From positions 16,554,001 through 16,618,000 of the forward strand of contig NW_024704756.1 of the NCBI RefSeq assembly GCF_018977255.1: a stretch of 64,000 nucleotides of DNA. Reading direction: 5' to 3'. Below, piece after piece: positions 14,288 to 26,290 of this stretch (position 1 is its first letter; every line of letters starts with the position of its first letter). The position numbers were made by a program, and so were the translations under genes. Under the pieces are notes generated by a model. It did no database searches and was not told where the DNA came from. It saw only the letters and a program-made list of their open reading frames with translations. The DNA comes from Callorhinchus milii (taxonomy: Eukaryota).

Positions 14288-15579
14288 GAAACTCAAATAC
14301 TGCAGCTACTTTCAGCGGCGTTCGAGGATATCAGTTCCATCCAGGCAATAAAACACGCCCGAGACAGAGAAACAAGCGGATTTGGGCCGCTTTTACAGCG
14401 CGATTGGAGAGCAGTGAAAAAGCACTCGGTCGACCTTCATTCACAAAATGACCCGCTAACTTCAGAGCTGAGCTGACAATGGAGCTAAACAAGGCGGACA
14501 AGAATAAGCCAGTTGTTGTCAATTCCGGTCCCAGTGAATGGTCAGAGCGGCTCAGCCAACAACACCAGCACGCGCTGATACACGCAATGCCGAGTTACAT
14601 AACACTGGCACAAGGCCCGGCCTCCAAACATCTGGATGGGCTCAGCCAGCAGGAACACACAAAGCACCGCTCTGATCCCTAGTTAACAGGACCCTCCCAA
14701 TCCACTGTGAACTCCCTCCCACTCCCGTCCTCTGTACAGCAGCAGGACCCTCACTCTCCAATCGGCTGATCCACTTGGCAACTAAAAAAATACACATAAA
14801 TCCATAATTCCCCGAGAGTTTCTTCTGATGCCCTGGCCAACAAATCCCCCAAATAAAATGTGGTCACTCACTCCACGGCTGTTTGTGTGACACTGCTGTG
14901 CGCAACTGGCTGCCCCCAAAATATACAGTCAAGTCTCTTTACAGTATATCCTGTGAAGCTCTTTGAGACGTCTCAACAATGTGATAGAGCGCTGTATCAA
15001 ACACAAGGATTATTTGATATTACTAATTCCTGCTATGAAATGAGTTGGCCTCCACTTTGCTCCCCTCCCCCTCCACGTGGCAATACAATCTATTGTTTCA
15101 TATTCAACTCAGATTTTCCCAGATACACCTGTTGCTGTAGTGTAAGAATTCAGTTCAATGTAATAATAATATGTCAAGGAACCCAGACGACATTGTGACA
15201 TTTAATGCATTGTCACTGAGTGGGTTGCTATTCAGTGAATATTATTTACCTTATTATTTTCTCACGTTATTTGGTTGGATCAGGTACTTTACCAGCCGCT
15301 GTTTCCACTGCAGAGGGATACTGGCTCCAACTTTAGGCGAGACTTTAAACAAGACAAAAATATTCTTAGGTTTTTTAAAAGAATAGAAATCTCAAATCGC
15401 ACACACATTCATCATAAACATGGACAAATCACTCAAACAAATCACTACATAATTACACAAGGGGAACCCAACGACACGTGCCACAGAGAGCGTGGGTACA
15501 GATCAGCTCACAACTCAAGCCGGGGTTCAATGAGATCAACATATCTCACTTGTGGCTGTTTCCACTGGTTGGTAAGTCT

Positions 15580-15930
15580 GTAACCAGGGGGTCACAAATA
15601 TAAGATAGCGAGTCGGAGATCTAACGGAGAATTTAAGATGAACTATTTCACCCAAGAGGGCAGTGAGAGTGTGGAACTCACTGCCTAATGAAATAGATAG
15701 TGTAGATGTATTCAAATTGGATACTCTTAACCCTGGTGAAGGGTTTCCGCTTTTATCAGACACCCAACTGACTAAAATAAGAGGAAGCCAGACCTCGACA
15801 TGAGGGAGAGGGGAAGTGAAGGTTGTGAGAGAGAGTAAGCGATGGAGGAGGGAGACTTGTGTGGAGTATAAACACTGGATGGACTGGTTAGGCTGAATGG
15901 CCTCTTTGGGTGCTGTACCTTCTTTGTAAA
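15580..15930 (+). mobile_element. CR1 LINE 3' fragment
   Basis: GHKYKI..NYFTQ..VRVWNSLP remnant; tail ggctgaatggcct..gtgctgt. Confidence 0.7.
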
Positions 15931-16040
15931 ATCTTTGCAAAAGCTGTGTCAGCCGATGACTCTGGGAACCTTGGCACCATTTGGTAATTCCCTCGGGACA
16001 CATCTGCTTTACACATGGTTGGCACAAACTGCAACAGGAT

Positions 16041-19000
16041 TTAGTCAACGGGATCGATGCTAAACGAGGCCACTGATAACTCCACTGACCGCAAGAACTC
16101 ACCACAACAAGTGTCCGAGTGTGTTGCAATGCCGGCCTCCACCAGCCTCTGGGAAAGCTTGCTTCCTCTCCTGGAGATGATAGTTACATCTTATCATTAT
16201 TATTATGGATTTCCACGGAGCAACACACACACACAAACAGCCCATTTGCCCCAACCAATCCAACCCAGTATTTATAATAACCCTCTCATTTGATATAGCG
16301 CCTTATCATGTCTTCGGGGCGTCTCAAAGCGCTTCACAGAATATATTGTAAAGTGTAGTGACTGTTTATTTTGTGGGCGAAACGCAGCAGCCAATTGCGC
16401 ACAGCAGCGTCCCCACAAACAGTCGTGGATTGAATGACCCAATTGTCATTATTATTTTTAAGGGATTATTAGCCCCCGGGAAAAGCCATCCGATTTATCC
16501 ACAAAACTTAAATTTATTTTAAGACAAAATGGTTCCACAATCTCAGACTGGGTGGAAAACCCAAATAAACAATCACTACACTTTACAGTAAAACCCAGTG
16601 AAGCGCTTTGAAATGTTTTCCCGACATGAAAGGTATTATTACTAATAAAGTGAAAATTCTCTGGAGTACCTCACAATCCCGATTTTTCCCCTGTCGCTGA
16701 AGAGCTCCACCACCATCCTGTCCGAATCCGGGTAAAACCTCGCAAAGAAAGTTCTGTTTTCCACAGTATTCCTGAACCAGCCGACCACCAGCCTGGACCA
16801 GACCCGACCCCCCAGCGGAGAAACCTGCCCCGGGGGGGGGGGGGATTGAAACAGACCCTATCATTGATCTTGTTGTTGAACAAGGCAACAGAAATCTGAT
16901 ACGAGAACCAACGTGACATCTTGATAGCGATCAAAATCAAAGCGCTCCACAGGTTACACAATACTATTCCGTGCATTTGATACGAGATCACGTCTTCCAG
17001 ACGTCTCAAAGCGCTTCACAGAATATACTGTAAAGTGCAGTGACCCTGTACTTTGTGGGCGAAACGCGGCAGCCAATTGCGCACAGCAGCGTCCCGCACA
17101 AACAGCCGTGGATTGAGTGACCAGGTTTGTTTAAGAATAATCTGAGGGCCGATTATCTGCAGTTCCGCCCCCAACATACAGGTCCCCAACGAAACCAAAA
17201 TCTAAAAAAACTGTCCCTTACCTAACACTTTTTAAGATATTGTAAAAACAAGGCGTCTTTACAACAACAACGTCGCCATTTAATACAGCGCCTCTCACAT
17301 TGGGAGGATGCCTCCAAGCGCTTCACCGCACGTGCGAGCTAAAGTGTAGTGACTGTGTGAATTCACACGCTGTAAAACCCACACGCAATGCTTTCCTAAG
17401 ACTCGCAGCTTAGCGACTCACTCCCTCTCTCTCACTCACATTTGCTAAAGACACGAGCAGGGCTTGCTGGGGCAGGGCACGGAGTGCTGGATTAAGATAT
17501 TTTAGGGAATCGAACGGGAGGCAAACAGAGAATCCGTAGTCCACGCACAGCAATTCCAACATAACCGGGCCGGCTTCCTCTGCTAAACAGAAAAAAAGAG
17601 TCAACGGTTTTATTTGTCGATGGATTCATCTGCGGCTCAGATGAACAGACGACTCACTGAGAGAAACACTAATTGTATTGTTAAGAGTATCTCGTGCGCT
17701 CTCTCCTTCACGTTTTCAAGACTGAGGTGGATAGATGTGTGTTAGGTCAGGGAATCAAGGGATATGGGGCAAAGGCGGGTAATTGGAGTTGAGTGCAGAT
17801 CAGTCATGACATTGTAGAATGGCGGAACAGGTCTCCTCCTGTTTGTATCCCACTATAGCCCCCCATGTAAATGGGATGACTTAGAGATCATTAAGACATA
17901 TAGTGGTTTATGAACAGCATTTTACACTATGCCTCAAACGACACACTGCTTCACACTTTGGCTGCCGAGTTTTCCAGCTGACCTTCGGCGTAGTCTGTGT
18001 CCGTGTCGTCTCCAGTGGCCGCTTTGAGTACCACAACGCAGACCACACGAGCCCTGTACCACAGACTGGTGTCCGGGAGCCAGGCGCTCACACAGCAGCC
18101 GATCGAGGGGAGACAGGCCAACTTGTCACAGCTCCAGGAGCACTCGGCGCTGTGAAAACCATAGACGTAGTGGTTAGCGCGCTCACCTCACAAGCAAAGC
18201 GAGAGGCCCCGGGTTTGATTCCCGGGCGGATCAGGCGAAACCTTAGGCAAGTTTCCTTACTCCGCACGCAAGCCTCTGTTTACCCAGCAGTAAGCAGGAA
18301 CCCGGTTATTAGTGGACTGGCGGATCGCTTTCCAGGGGTAATAATCTCTTCCCCCCCCAAAAAAAATGAAGTCACTCGATCCCCGACTGTTTGTGGAGAC
18401 GCTGCTGTGCGCAATTGGCTGCCGTGTTTCGCCCACAAAATACACAGTCAATTCACTTTACAATATATTCTATGAAGCGCTTTGAGACGTCTCGACGACG
18501 TGATAAGGAGCTATGTCAACTGCAAGGATTATTATTATTATTATTATTAAGTGGGGTGGCATCAGCATTGAGCGGGTGGGTGGAAGATTCTCCAATGGAC
18601 TCACTTTAATTCCCTCATCAGCGCTGGCAGGTCGCGGCCACAATGCTGGATGTAAAAATGTTGTGGGTCGATCACGTGGCTGACCCTAACCTCCAGCTCC
18701 TGCCACGGGCAGTACTGGAATTTGGGGACGTCAGGAAGTCGCTCCATCGTTTGATTGTTAATTGGCGTTTCTGAGGGAAGGCTGTTCGGTGTCTGACTCA
18801 ACGTGTAATACGGACCATTAGAACACTGGGGAGCGACGGCCCCGGTAACCACCTGCTCACACGGCTGAGCCCAGGCCGACTCCCTGAACGACTCATCCGG
18901 GCTCAAAGGTTCTTGCGACGAGGAGACATCACCGGTCGAGGCCCAGACATGCCCCCCGCTCTCCCTTTTCTCACTGATTTTGATGTCGCCCCGGGTGTCC

Positions 19001-20464
19001 CAATCGGACACCGAGGATAAAGAGAACTCAAAGGTGTCCCAGACCTCGTGTTCCGAGCGGGCAACGCGGGTCAGGCCCTCACTCGGTTTCTGTTTGCTCA
19101 GGACAGGACAGTCGTCCTCCAGGGCTGGGCTTGTCCTCGCAGATGTCCCAACGGACAATAACCGTTCGTCTTTGGCTACGTTCCTGCCGTCAGGCGGCTG
19201 TGAACACAGAGCTTCGTTGGGGGCAGTGTCTGTCTTGGCTGATTGGCTGTTGGGAAAAGATCCTCCATCACCTCTGGGCCTCGGCGACTGATTTCTTTCC
19301 TCTTGTAGCAGAATCTCTGACGTGGGGTCTTCATGGTGGAGCTCACCTGACTTGGCCACTGTCAGTCCTGCCACATGAAGTTCAGGCGTCTGACCAGCAG
19401 GCGGCGCCGGTGCATCCAAAGTCTTGTTCACCTTTAAAGGCTGGACGTTGGCAAGAGACTTGGTCCCATTGGCACGATTGACCTTCTGCACCATAGCTTG
19501 TGTTGTGGACTCTCCCCAGCACTGCCCGCTCTCCCTGGTTGGCTTCACTTGAGGAGTATGGAGCTCAGGGCTGTACCTGTCAGACCCCTTAACGTCAGAC
19601 ATGCTCACATTTCCCTTGCCGGGGGGGTCAAGGACTGCTGGGTTTAGGGAAATAAAGGCTTGAGCTCCAGTGGGAAACAGAAGCAGCTTTGTCAGTGGTC
19701 CATCCAACAACTCATACAGAGATTCAGAGGGAGAAGAGAGGCCTGGATGAGAGACAGAAAAGCAAAATTAGGAGGAAAAATGTAAATTATTTGTTAAATT
19801 TGGTCACTCAACCCATGATGTTTGTGGGATGTCTCTGTGAGCCATTCGCTGCCGCGTTTCCACTTTACAATGTTTCTGTGAAGAGCTTCGAGACATCTCA
19901 ACAACGTAATAAGGTGCTACATCAAACGCAAATCCTATTAAACAGACGGCATAACGATATTCTTACGGAGCCCTCCTCATGGAGATGTCGAAAGGTTGAG
20001 GTTGGGAATAAACAGTGGCACGTTACCCGCTTTGGTCTCCTGCAGGATTTTGTACAGTTCCTCGCTTGTTCTGTGCAGCCGACTCAGTTGGTCACAGACG
20101 GCTTTGTAATTTTTGCTGAAATCTTCTTCTGAACTGCTGGTGAGCTCCCGAATGTTCAGGCTGACCTGGACAAACAGACGAAAAGAGGGAATAATTATAA
20201 TTATAATAATCATTACATTTGATATCGCGCCTCATCACTTCTTTGAGACGTCTCAAAGCGCCTCACAGAGTATACTGTAAGGTAAGTTGACTGTGTATTT
20301 TGTGGGTGAAACGCAGCAGCCAATTGCGTACAGCAGCGTCCCCACAAACAGTCCCACGACTGGATTGGATGACCACATTTTTTTTTGGAGGGACTGTTAC
20401 CCCCGGAAAGCGATCCATCAAATAACAACCAGGTTCCTACCTACTGCGAGTCAGACACACAGGC

Positions 20465-20498
<34 letters not shown>

Positions 20499-20715
20499 AG
20501 TAAGCAAACTTGGCTAAGGTCTCGGTCTGCCCAGGAACCTCTCGCTCGCGGGGCAAGCACGCTAACCGCTAAGATACGGGATTCCGAAAAGTAAATTAAG
20601 GAAAAACACAGCAACGCACCCACTGAACCAGCTGTCCGAGCTCCTGGTTAATGGCCTTTTGGTAATTCTCGGTTATCACCAGCTGATAGCAGAGGAAACG
20701 CTTCCTTTTCTCCAT
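16041..20715 (-). CDS. Uncharacterised single extended-Tudor-domain protein (RNF17/TDRD-like), ~654 aa; 3' end uncertain
   Basis: Phase-consistent exons: 20715-20620 (MEKRKRFL.., in-frame stop upstream), 20165-20027, 19742-18605, 18149-17983, 17579-17440, 16824-16670, 16170-16041 (or a donor after 16103). eTudor motifs: [59 protein letters not shown]. Probable upstream exon ending near 21357 (gtgagt donor). Confidence 0.8.
18165..18550 (+). mobile_element. Near full-length tRNA-derived SINE (Deu-like domain, L2-like tail); representative of the dominant family
   Basis: A-box GTAGTGGTTAGC, B-box GGTTTGATTCCC, body GCTGCTGTGCGCAATTGGCTGCCG, tail GAAGCGCTTTGAGACGTC..GATAAGG..(ATT)n. Dozens of partial copies occur across the window. 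Confidence 0.85.
20190..20585 (-). mobile_element. SINE, same family, with internal (GT)n
   Basis: Tail, Deu-like body and degenerate head are recognisable in a Tudor-gene intron. Confidence 0.75.
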
Positions 20716-21207
20716 CGTCAGGGTTTAAGGCTGGAACACGGGCCCTTCACTACTTAACAGTCGAGAACCCCAGTGCTGTTTTCTAGGATTAGGGTTAGGT
20801 TTAGGATTAGGGTTAGCAATGGTCTTAGATCCAGACTGATTTGGGCAGTTTATTCTGTGCTGTTCCTGGCATTTTCCTGAAACAAAATAAACTCGAAAAG
20901 TTTGGGTTTTGTCATCGTTATTAATAATAATAATCACAATTACCCGCATTGCATCATCGCCTTTCACACAACAACAAACGAACGTCTCAACAGCTTTTCA
21001 CAATCAAACGGATGTTTAACACGTTTCTAACAATGTTTATGGCGCCTCGGAAGCAGCGACGATACCATACGATACGATACGAGACTGTGGAGTGGGGAAG
21101 GAGCTGAAACAGGGGGTCAAGAGATGACACACTCTCGCCTCCTCGCTCCATCCGTGTGACAGAAGATGTCGGGTCACACAGATTATGATTTGCCACAAAA
21201 ACGATGG

Positions 21208-21356
21208 CGCTCACACTGACACCCACACTCACGCTCACACTCACACTCACGCTCACTCACACCCACTCACGCTCACACCCGCACTCACGCTCACACTCAC
21301 GCTCACACCCACACTCACGCTCACACTCACACTCACGCTCACACCCACACTCACTG
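21208..21356. repeat. Hexamer tandem repeat (CTCACA/CTCACG/CCCACA)n
   Basis: Directly visible. Confidence 0.9.
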
Positions 21357-21607
21357 ATCCTCTGATGTCTAAAAACAGTTAAACAGTATTTAATAGTCTC
21401 CGACACCGTCATCTCTGAGGGCGAACCCTCTGCTTTATATATAAAGTGGTTGAGCGCAGACAGTGGTGTTGACTGTGTTGTTACTCCACCTCTGGGGCTC
21501 TGTGGCTGCACTTCCTATTATTATTACTCTCACCTCTTGGCTCTGACCCACATTGTTGCTGTTATGATTATTATTATTATTGTTATTTGACCTCCAGTTC
21601 TCAAACC

Positions 21608-21690
21608 CACCGGAAGCCCCGCCCCTCTCCCCCCACCGACCAATCAGCGCGGCTCAGTCCCCACCCGCGCCAAATTCAAACCGCGTCCCA
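21608..21690 (-). promoter_or_regulatory. Compact promoter cluster upstream of the Tudor gene
   Basis: ETS CCGGAAG, GC box CCCCGCCCC and CCAATCAG, plus minus-strand CGCGG-TTTGAA-TTTGGCGCG (CHR + E2F-like), all within ~80 bp. Confidence 0.55.
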
Positions 21691-21724
21691 CTCACTGCAC
21701 TACACTGAGCCACAGCGTCAGCAC

Positions 21725-22300
21725 TGCCACACAGCCCCCCCCCACACACAGCCCCCCCCCCACACAGCCCCACCCCAAACACAGCCCCCCCACACACAGC
21801 CCCACCCCAAACACAGCCCCCCCACACACAGCCCCCCCCACACACACAGCCCCCCCCACACACAGCCCCCCCCCTACACACAGCCCCACCCACACACACA
21901 GCCCCACCCACACACACAGCCCCCCCCACACACACAGCCCCCCACACAGAGCCCCCACACACAGCCCCCCCCACACACAGCCCCCCCACACAGCCCCCCC
22001 CCACACACAGCCCCCCCACACACACAGCCCCACCCACACACACAGCCCCCCCACACACAGCCCCCCCCCACACACAGCCCCCCCCACACACACACACCCA
22101 CAGCCACCCCCCACACAGCCCCCCCCACACACACAGCCCCACCCCACACACAGCCCCACCCCACACACAGCCCCACCCACACACACAGCCCCACCCACAC
22201 ACAGCCCCCCACACACAGCCCCCCCCCACACACACACAGACCCCCCCCACACACACACAGACCCCCCCCACACACACAGACCCCCCCCACACAGCCCCAA
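21725..22300. repeat. Minisatellite (CA)nCAG(C)n
   Basis: Dozens of cacacagccccccc units next to the Tudor-gene promoter. Confidence 0.95.
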
Positions 22301-23039
22301 CAAAAAGCTTTGTGTGTGTGTAAGAAAAAAGATCGAGTGTAAAGCAACGCCTCGGGGTCTAAAGAGTTGTGTGGAGCGACCAAAAGTGGCAACAGTTTGC
22401 CTCTGATCATGAGTTAATAATAATAATAATCCTTGCATTTGATAGAGCGCTTTTCTTATCATATCCAGTGTTTTTCTGCTCTTATGGAAAGTGGGTATTC
22501 CAGAGACCCCCCAACCCCAGACATGTGTACACACACACACACACATATTTAATTTATTTTTTTTAAACACAGAAATGCTTTATCATTTGATTCAGAAATC
22601 CTTGCCGCCTGTTTTTTTATATAAAGTGCCAGAGGGATAGACCTTTCGACTTTGGAATAGAAGGAGTTAATCAGAGAATTACAGTGATTCCAAAGTTATC
22701 ATCAGGAATGCAATCTGTTTCCATTTCTTTCTCTCTGTGTCTCTCTTTTTTTTCCTGCTGTGTCGACGTGGCAGTTTTTTTAAAGGGGCGAAGTTTGGGG
22801 GAAGAGATGATTCAAGGGATGAAAGAGATGCACTTATGAGAGTGCTTTTTTTTCTGGGAGGGGGTGGAGGGGGGGGGTCCAAATTCAGCAGCGAAAAAAA
22901 ACCCAGATGAATATAAAATCAACGCGGTTTGCAGTAAAGTCCTGGTAATGAATCTGTAGCTCGGTTTGGTTGTTGATAAACAGAACAAAAACAAAATGCT
23001 GTCTCTCTCTGTGCTGATGCCCCACCATCCCCCAGAGGA

Positions 23040-23462
23040 TCCAATTCAAGATCCTCATCCTCACCTACACGGCCATTCACGGCCTCGCTCCCTTCTACCT
23101 CTCTGACCTACTATCCCCCCACGTACCCGCCCGTAACCCCCGTTCCTCTGGCTCCGGTCTGCTCCACATCCCCCGCCCCAACCGCCCTACCATCGGTGGC
23201 CTTCAGCCTCTCAGCCCCGAGGCTCTGGAATTCTATCCCCCAGTGCCTTCGCCGCTTCCTCCCTTTCCTCCTTCAAGGCCGGTCTCAAGACCTTTCTCTC
23301 CCCTCTGAACTCTCTACCTCTCCTCGCTCCCTCCCTTCCCTTCCCATCCCTCACCCTGACCATTTCCCCCCAAGGCTCGGGTCCCGACCCAACTGTCCAG
23401 CACCTTGGGACGTCCTCCCGACGTGAAAGGCGCTCTGTAAATGGAATCTTGTTGCTGTTGTT
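23040..23462 (+). mobile_element. L2 LINE 3' fragment
   Basis: Decayed ORF2 C-terminus FKILILTYTAIHGLAPFYLSDLL..AFSLSAPRLWNSIP; tail cttgggacgtcctcccgacgtgaaaggcgct..(TTG)n. Confidence 0.85.
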
Positions 23463-23842
23463 TTCACATAACAAGAGAGAAACTTTTATAAAAAGTTACC
23501 AACAAACCAACAGCAAACACACAACACTGACTATTCCAACCACCTTCTGCAAGGAAAAGACATTTGACACGTTTGTTTGAAAAAAATGTCACGGATCAGA
23601 CAGGGTCTGAGCAAGGGGTGGAAATGGTTAAAGGAGGTAATAATAGTTCGGGACAGTTTAGTGCAATAATAAGCAATGCCAAATACGAGCACTTTGTTGC
23701 CAATTAACGTTTGAGTCTGAAATTTTAAATTTGATTTTTTTTTCCTTTCCCCCACACAAAGAAAACCAGCTGCAATGAAACATATCTTTTTTTCCCCCAC
23801 TCCCCACCCCCAATTCTTTGTTCTTTTAAGGGTTGGGGGAGT

Positions 23843-23994
23843 GGGCGGTGCGATTGGCTCGGGTTTCAGTCCACGAAATAATGTGTGGAGCACATTCCTT
23901 CTAGAAGTTTCGCAGGGTTGGCTTATATAAAGCCCAGAGGTCGGTTTCCGAGCAGATGTTGATGCAGTTCTGGGAGGCGAAGCAGTGAGAGAAG
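23843..23994 (+). promoter_or_regulatory. Heat-shock promoter and non-coding exon 1 of the HSP47-like gene
   Basis: GGGCGG and ATTGG boxes (~23843-23857), a perfect 3-unit HSE cTTCtaGAAgtTTCg (23898-23912), TATATAAA (23924-23931), and donor AG|gtaaga after 23994. This is the classic SERPINH1 architecture. Confidence 0.85.
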
Positions 23995-24819
23995 GTAAGA
24001 CAAGACTCTCTGCTCTTTGAGGCTCATCAGACTATTATTTGGTTCCCTGACACCCAAACCTCTGCAATAGTGGCTTCTGACATTCCTTGTCTAGACGGAG
24101 TTTCCTTAGACAGTCACTGCAACTCCTGGGGAAGGCAGAGAAATAGTCCAGATGTGCAATATTGCACACTGTACTGTATCGCCCAGCAGCAAAACTCGAG
24201 CTAATTTGAGCTGAGTGCCGTGTGAAGGGGCTGAGAGTAAGAGGGTGAGAAACCACACAAGGGATTTGGTGTGAAGCAGATGGACAGATCAAGGCAGTGA
24301 TTCCTGGGCAGATGGAGTGTGAGCCAAAGGCAGAGAGAACATTGTAGGAGACAGAAAGAGAGTCAAGTTTGAATCTGTGTGTAAGGCATAAAGGCATTGG
24401 AGGCAGAAACAGCAGACAATAGGCATTTACTGCTCGGAACAGAGGTGCGTGGAGCAGGGAAACTTGCCTAACGTTTCGCCCCACCCGGGGAATCGAACCC
24501 GGGTCCTCTCGCTTCCAAAGCGATTGCTCTTAACTATTACGCTACAGACTCCACAAATGTATTGCAAAGTGATTGATTGACTGTATATTTTGTGGACAAA
24601 ACACGGAGAGAGCGACCGCAGATGGACACCAAGTTAGAGAGATACAGATTGAGAGAGGGGAGGGAGGACCTATGATTGATTCAGCCTTGTTAGGTATTCA
24701 TATATCGATCAGGTTTTGACGAAAGAAAAGGGGGAGCAAATTAATTGTAAATAAGTAATGCAGCGCTTTGAAAGAAAACCTCTCTTAGTGTAAATGTTCA
24801 TAGTGATAGTGTGATGCGA

Positions 24820-25143
24820 CAATATGATAATCATCCTCACATTTGATATAAAGCCTGATCACTTTGTTGAGACGTCTGAAAGTGCTTCACAGAATGTATT
24901 GCAAAGTGACTGTGTATGTTGTGGGCGAATGCAGCAGCCAAATGGAGTGGAGCGAATGACGCAATTATTACTCCCGGAAAGCAATCCGCAAATCGAATAA
25001 CGACAGGGTTCCTACTTACTGCGAGGTAAATAGATGTGCGTGGAGTAAGGAAACTTGCCTAAGGTTTTGCCCCACCTAGGAATCAAACCCAGGTTCACTC
25101 GCTTGTGAGACAACTGCTCTAACCACTACACTATAGGACTCCA
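24820..25143 (-). mobile_element. SINE, same family, in intron 1 of the serpin gene
   Basis: Head ggagtcctatagtgtagtggttagagca on the minus strand, with body and tail. Confidence 0.75.
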
Positions 25144-25869
25144 TAGTAATAGTGTGACGCAATAGTGGAATGAATGTAACGGGCAGATTGGAAAGGCGCT
25201 GTGATGACTCAGGATTAATTACTCTGTATTTGGCTGGCCAAAGGATCTCAGACATTCACATGATTATTTATTCACAGCAAATTACATGTAACATTTTTTG
25301 ATCCCAGACTCTCCTCACTGTACTGATGACCAGAGGAAGGAGCCTCTAATGAACTGTATACCCTTCATTTCTATTTGTTATATCTTTCAGAATGGACTTG
25401 ACAATTTTGATGTACAACCCTTTGAAAAGATTTCGAGGTATTAAGAGGAAAAAAAAGTTTGCCAATTTAGGATTGGCATTAACACAGGCCATGAACTTGG
25501 TCCATCAATATAATGTGATTTGCTCTTGGAAGATAGATCTCATATCCAAGAGAACATCCTATATATCATGGCAAACATCATAATAAGATGTGATTCTGGT
25601 ATCACAACATAGTCCTGTTAAGAGTTCAATTCTTACTTCCCTCCTGATCATCCCTAGTCTCCCTTCTTTTATTCTACAGGCTTTTAAAACCCAAGTTTAG
25701 CATCACTTAGCCATTGTGTCTGGTACTCATTCCCAGTGGAACTCTATACTTTGGACCTTTGCCATTCACATAGGTTTTGTAATCAAGGAAACCTACAATG
25801 TTTCAATGGTCTATTGGCGTTGTTGCCAATTTGTAGTCTTCTAATCTGTCTATTCCTGTCTCCGTTTAT

Positions 25870-26155
25870 CACTCACTTAAACGTGAGCTCCACGTTAATT
25901 GCTAAAAGAACCAGAAGGGGAGATGAGGAGAAGTTTATTTACTCAGCGAGTTGTGGAATGCACTGCCTGAAAGGGTGGTGGAAGCAGAGTCAATAATAAC
26001 TTTTAAAAGGGAATTGGATATTTACTGGAAAAGAAAAAAAATGCAGGGCAATGGGGAAAGAGTGGGGGAATGGGACTGATTGGGTTGCTCTTTCAAAGAG
26101 CTGGCACAGGCATGATAGGCTGAATGGCCTCTTTCTGCGGTGTAGGATTCTGTGA
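25870..26155 (+). mobile_element. CR1 LINE 3' fragment
   Basis: tttactcagcgagttgtggaatgcactgcctgaaagggtggtggaagcagagtcaat..ggctgaatggcctc..tgtaggattctgtg. Confidence 0.75.
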
Positions 26156-26290
26156 GTTTGGTGCCACCTAAATATTTCTTCCACTTATCAAAACTTTCCT
26201 CTTCTCAGAGGTGCCCCTAACTCTGGCCTTGACCTTTCACGTCGCTTTCTCATGATCAGTCTTACAGGTTTGTGTTCACTGGAGGAAACC

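Noticed and set aside
20783-20816. Telomere-like TTAGG(G/A/T) repeats
   Set aside because: Only ~5 degenerate units; a common simple repeat with no evidence of a fusion site.
21587-22570. Pro/His/Thr-rich and Gly/Cys/Val-rich ORFs of 178-292 aa
   Set aside because: Translations of the minisatellite; no splice or homology support.
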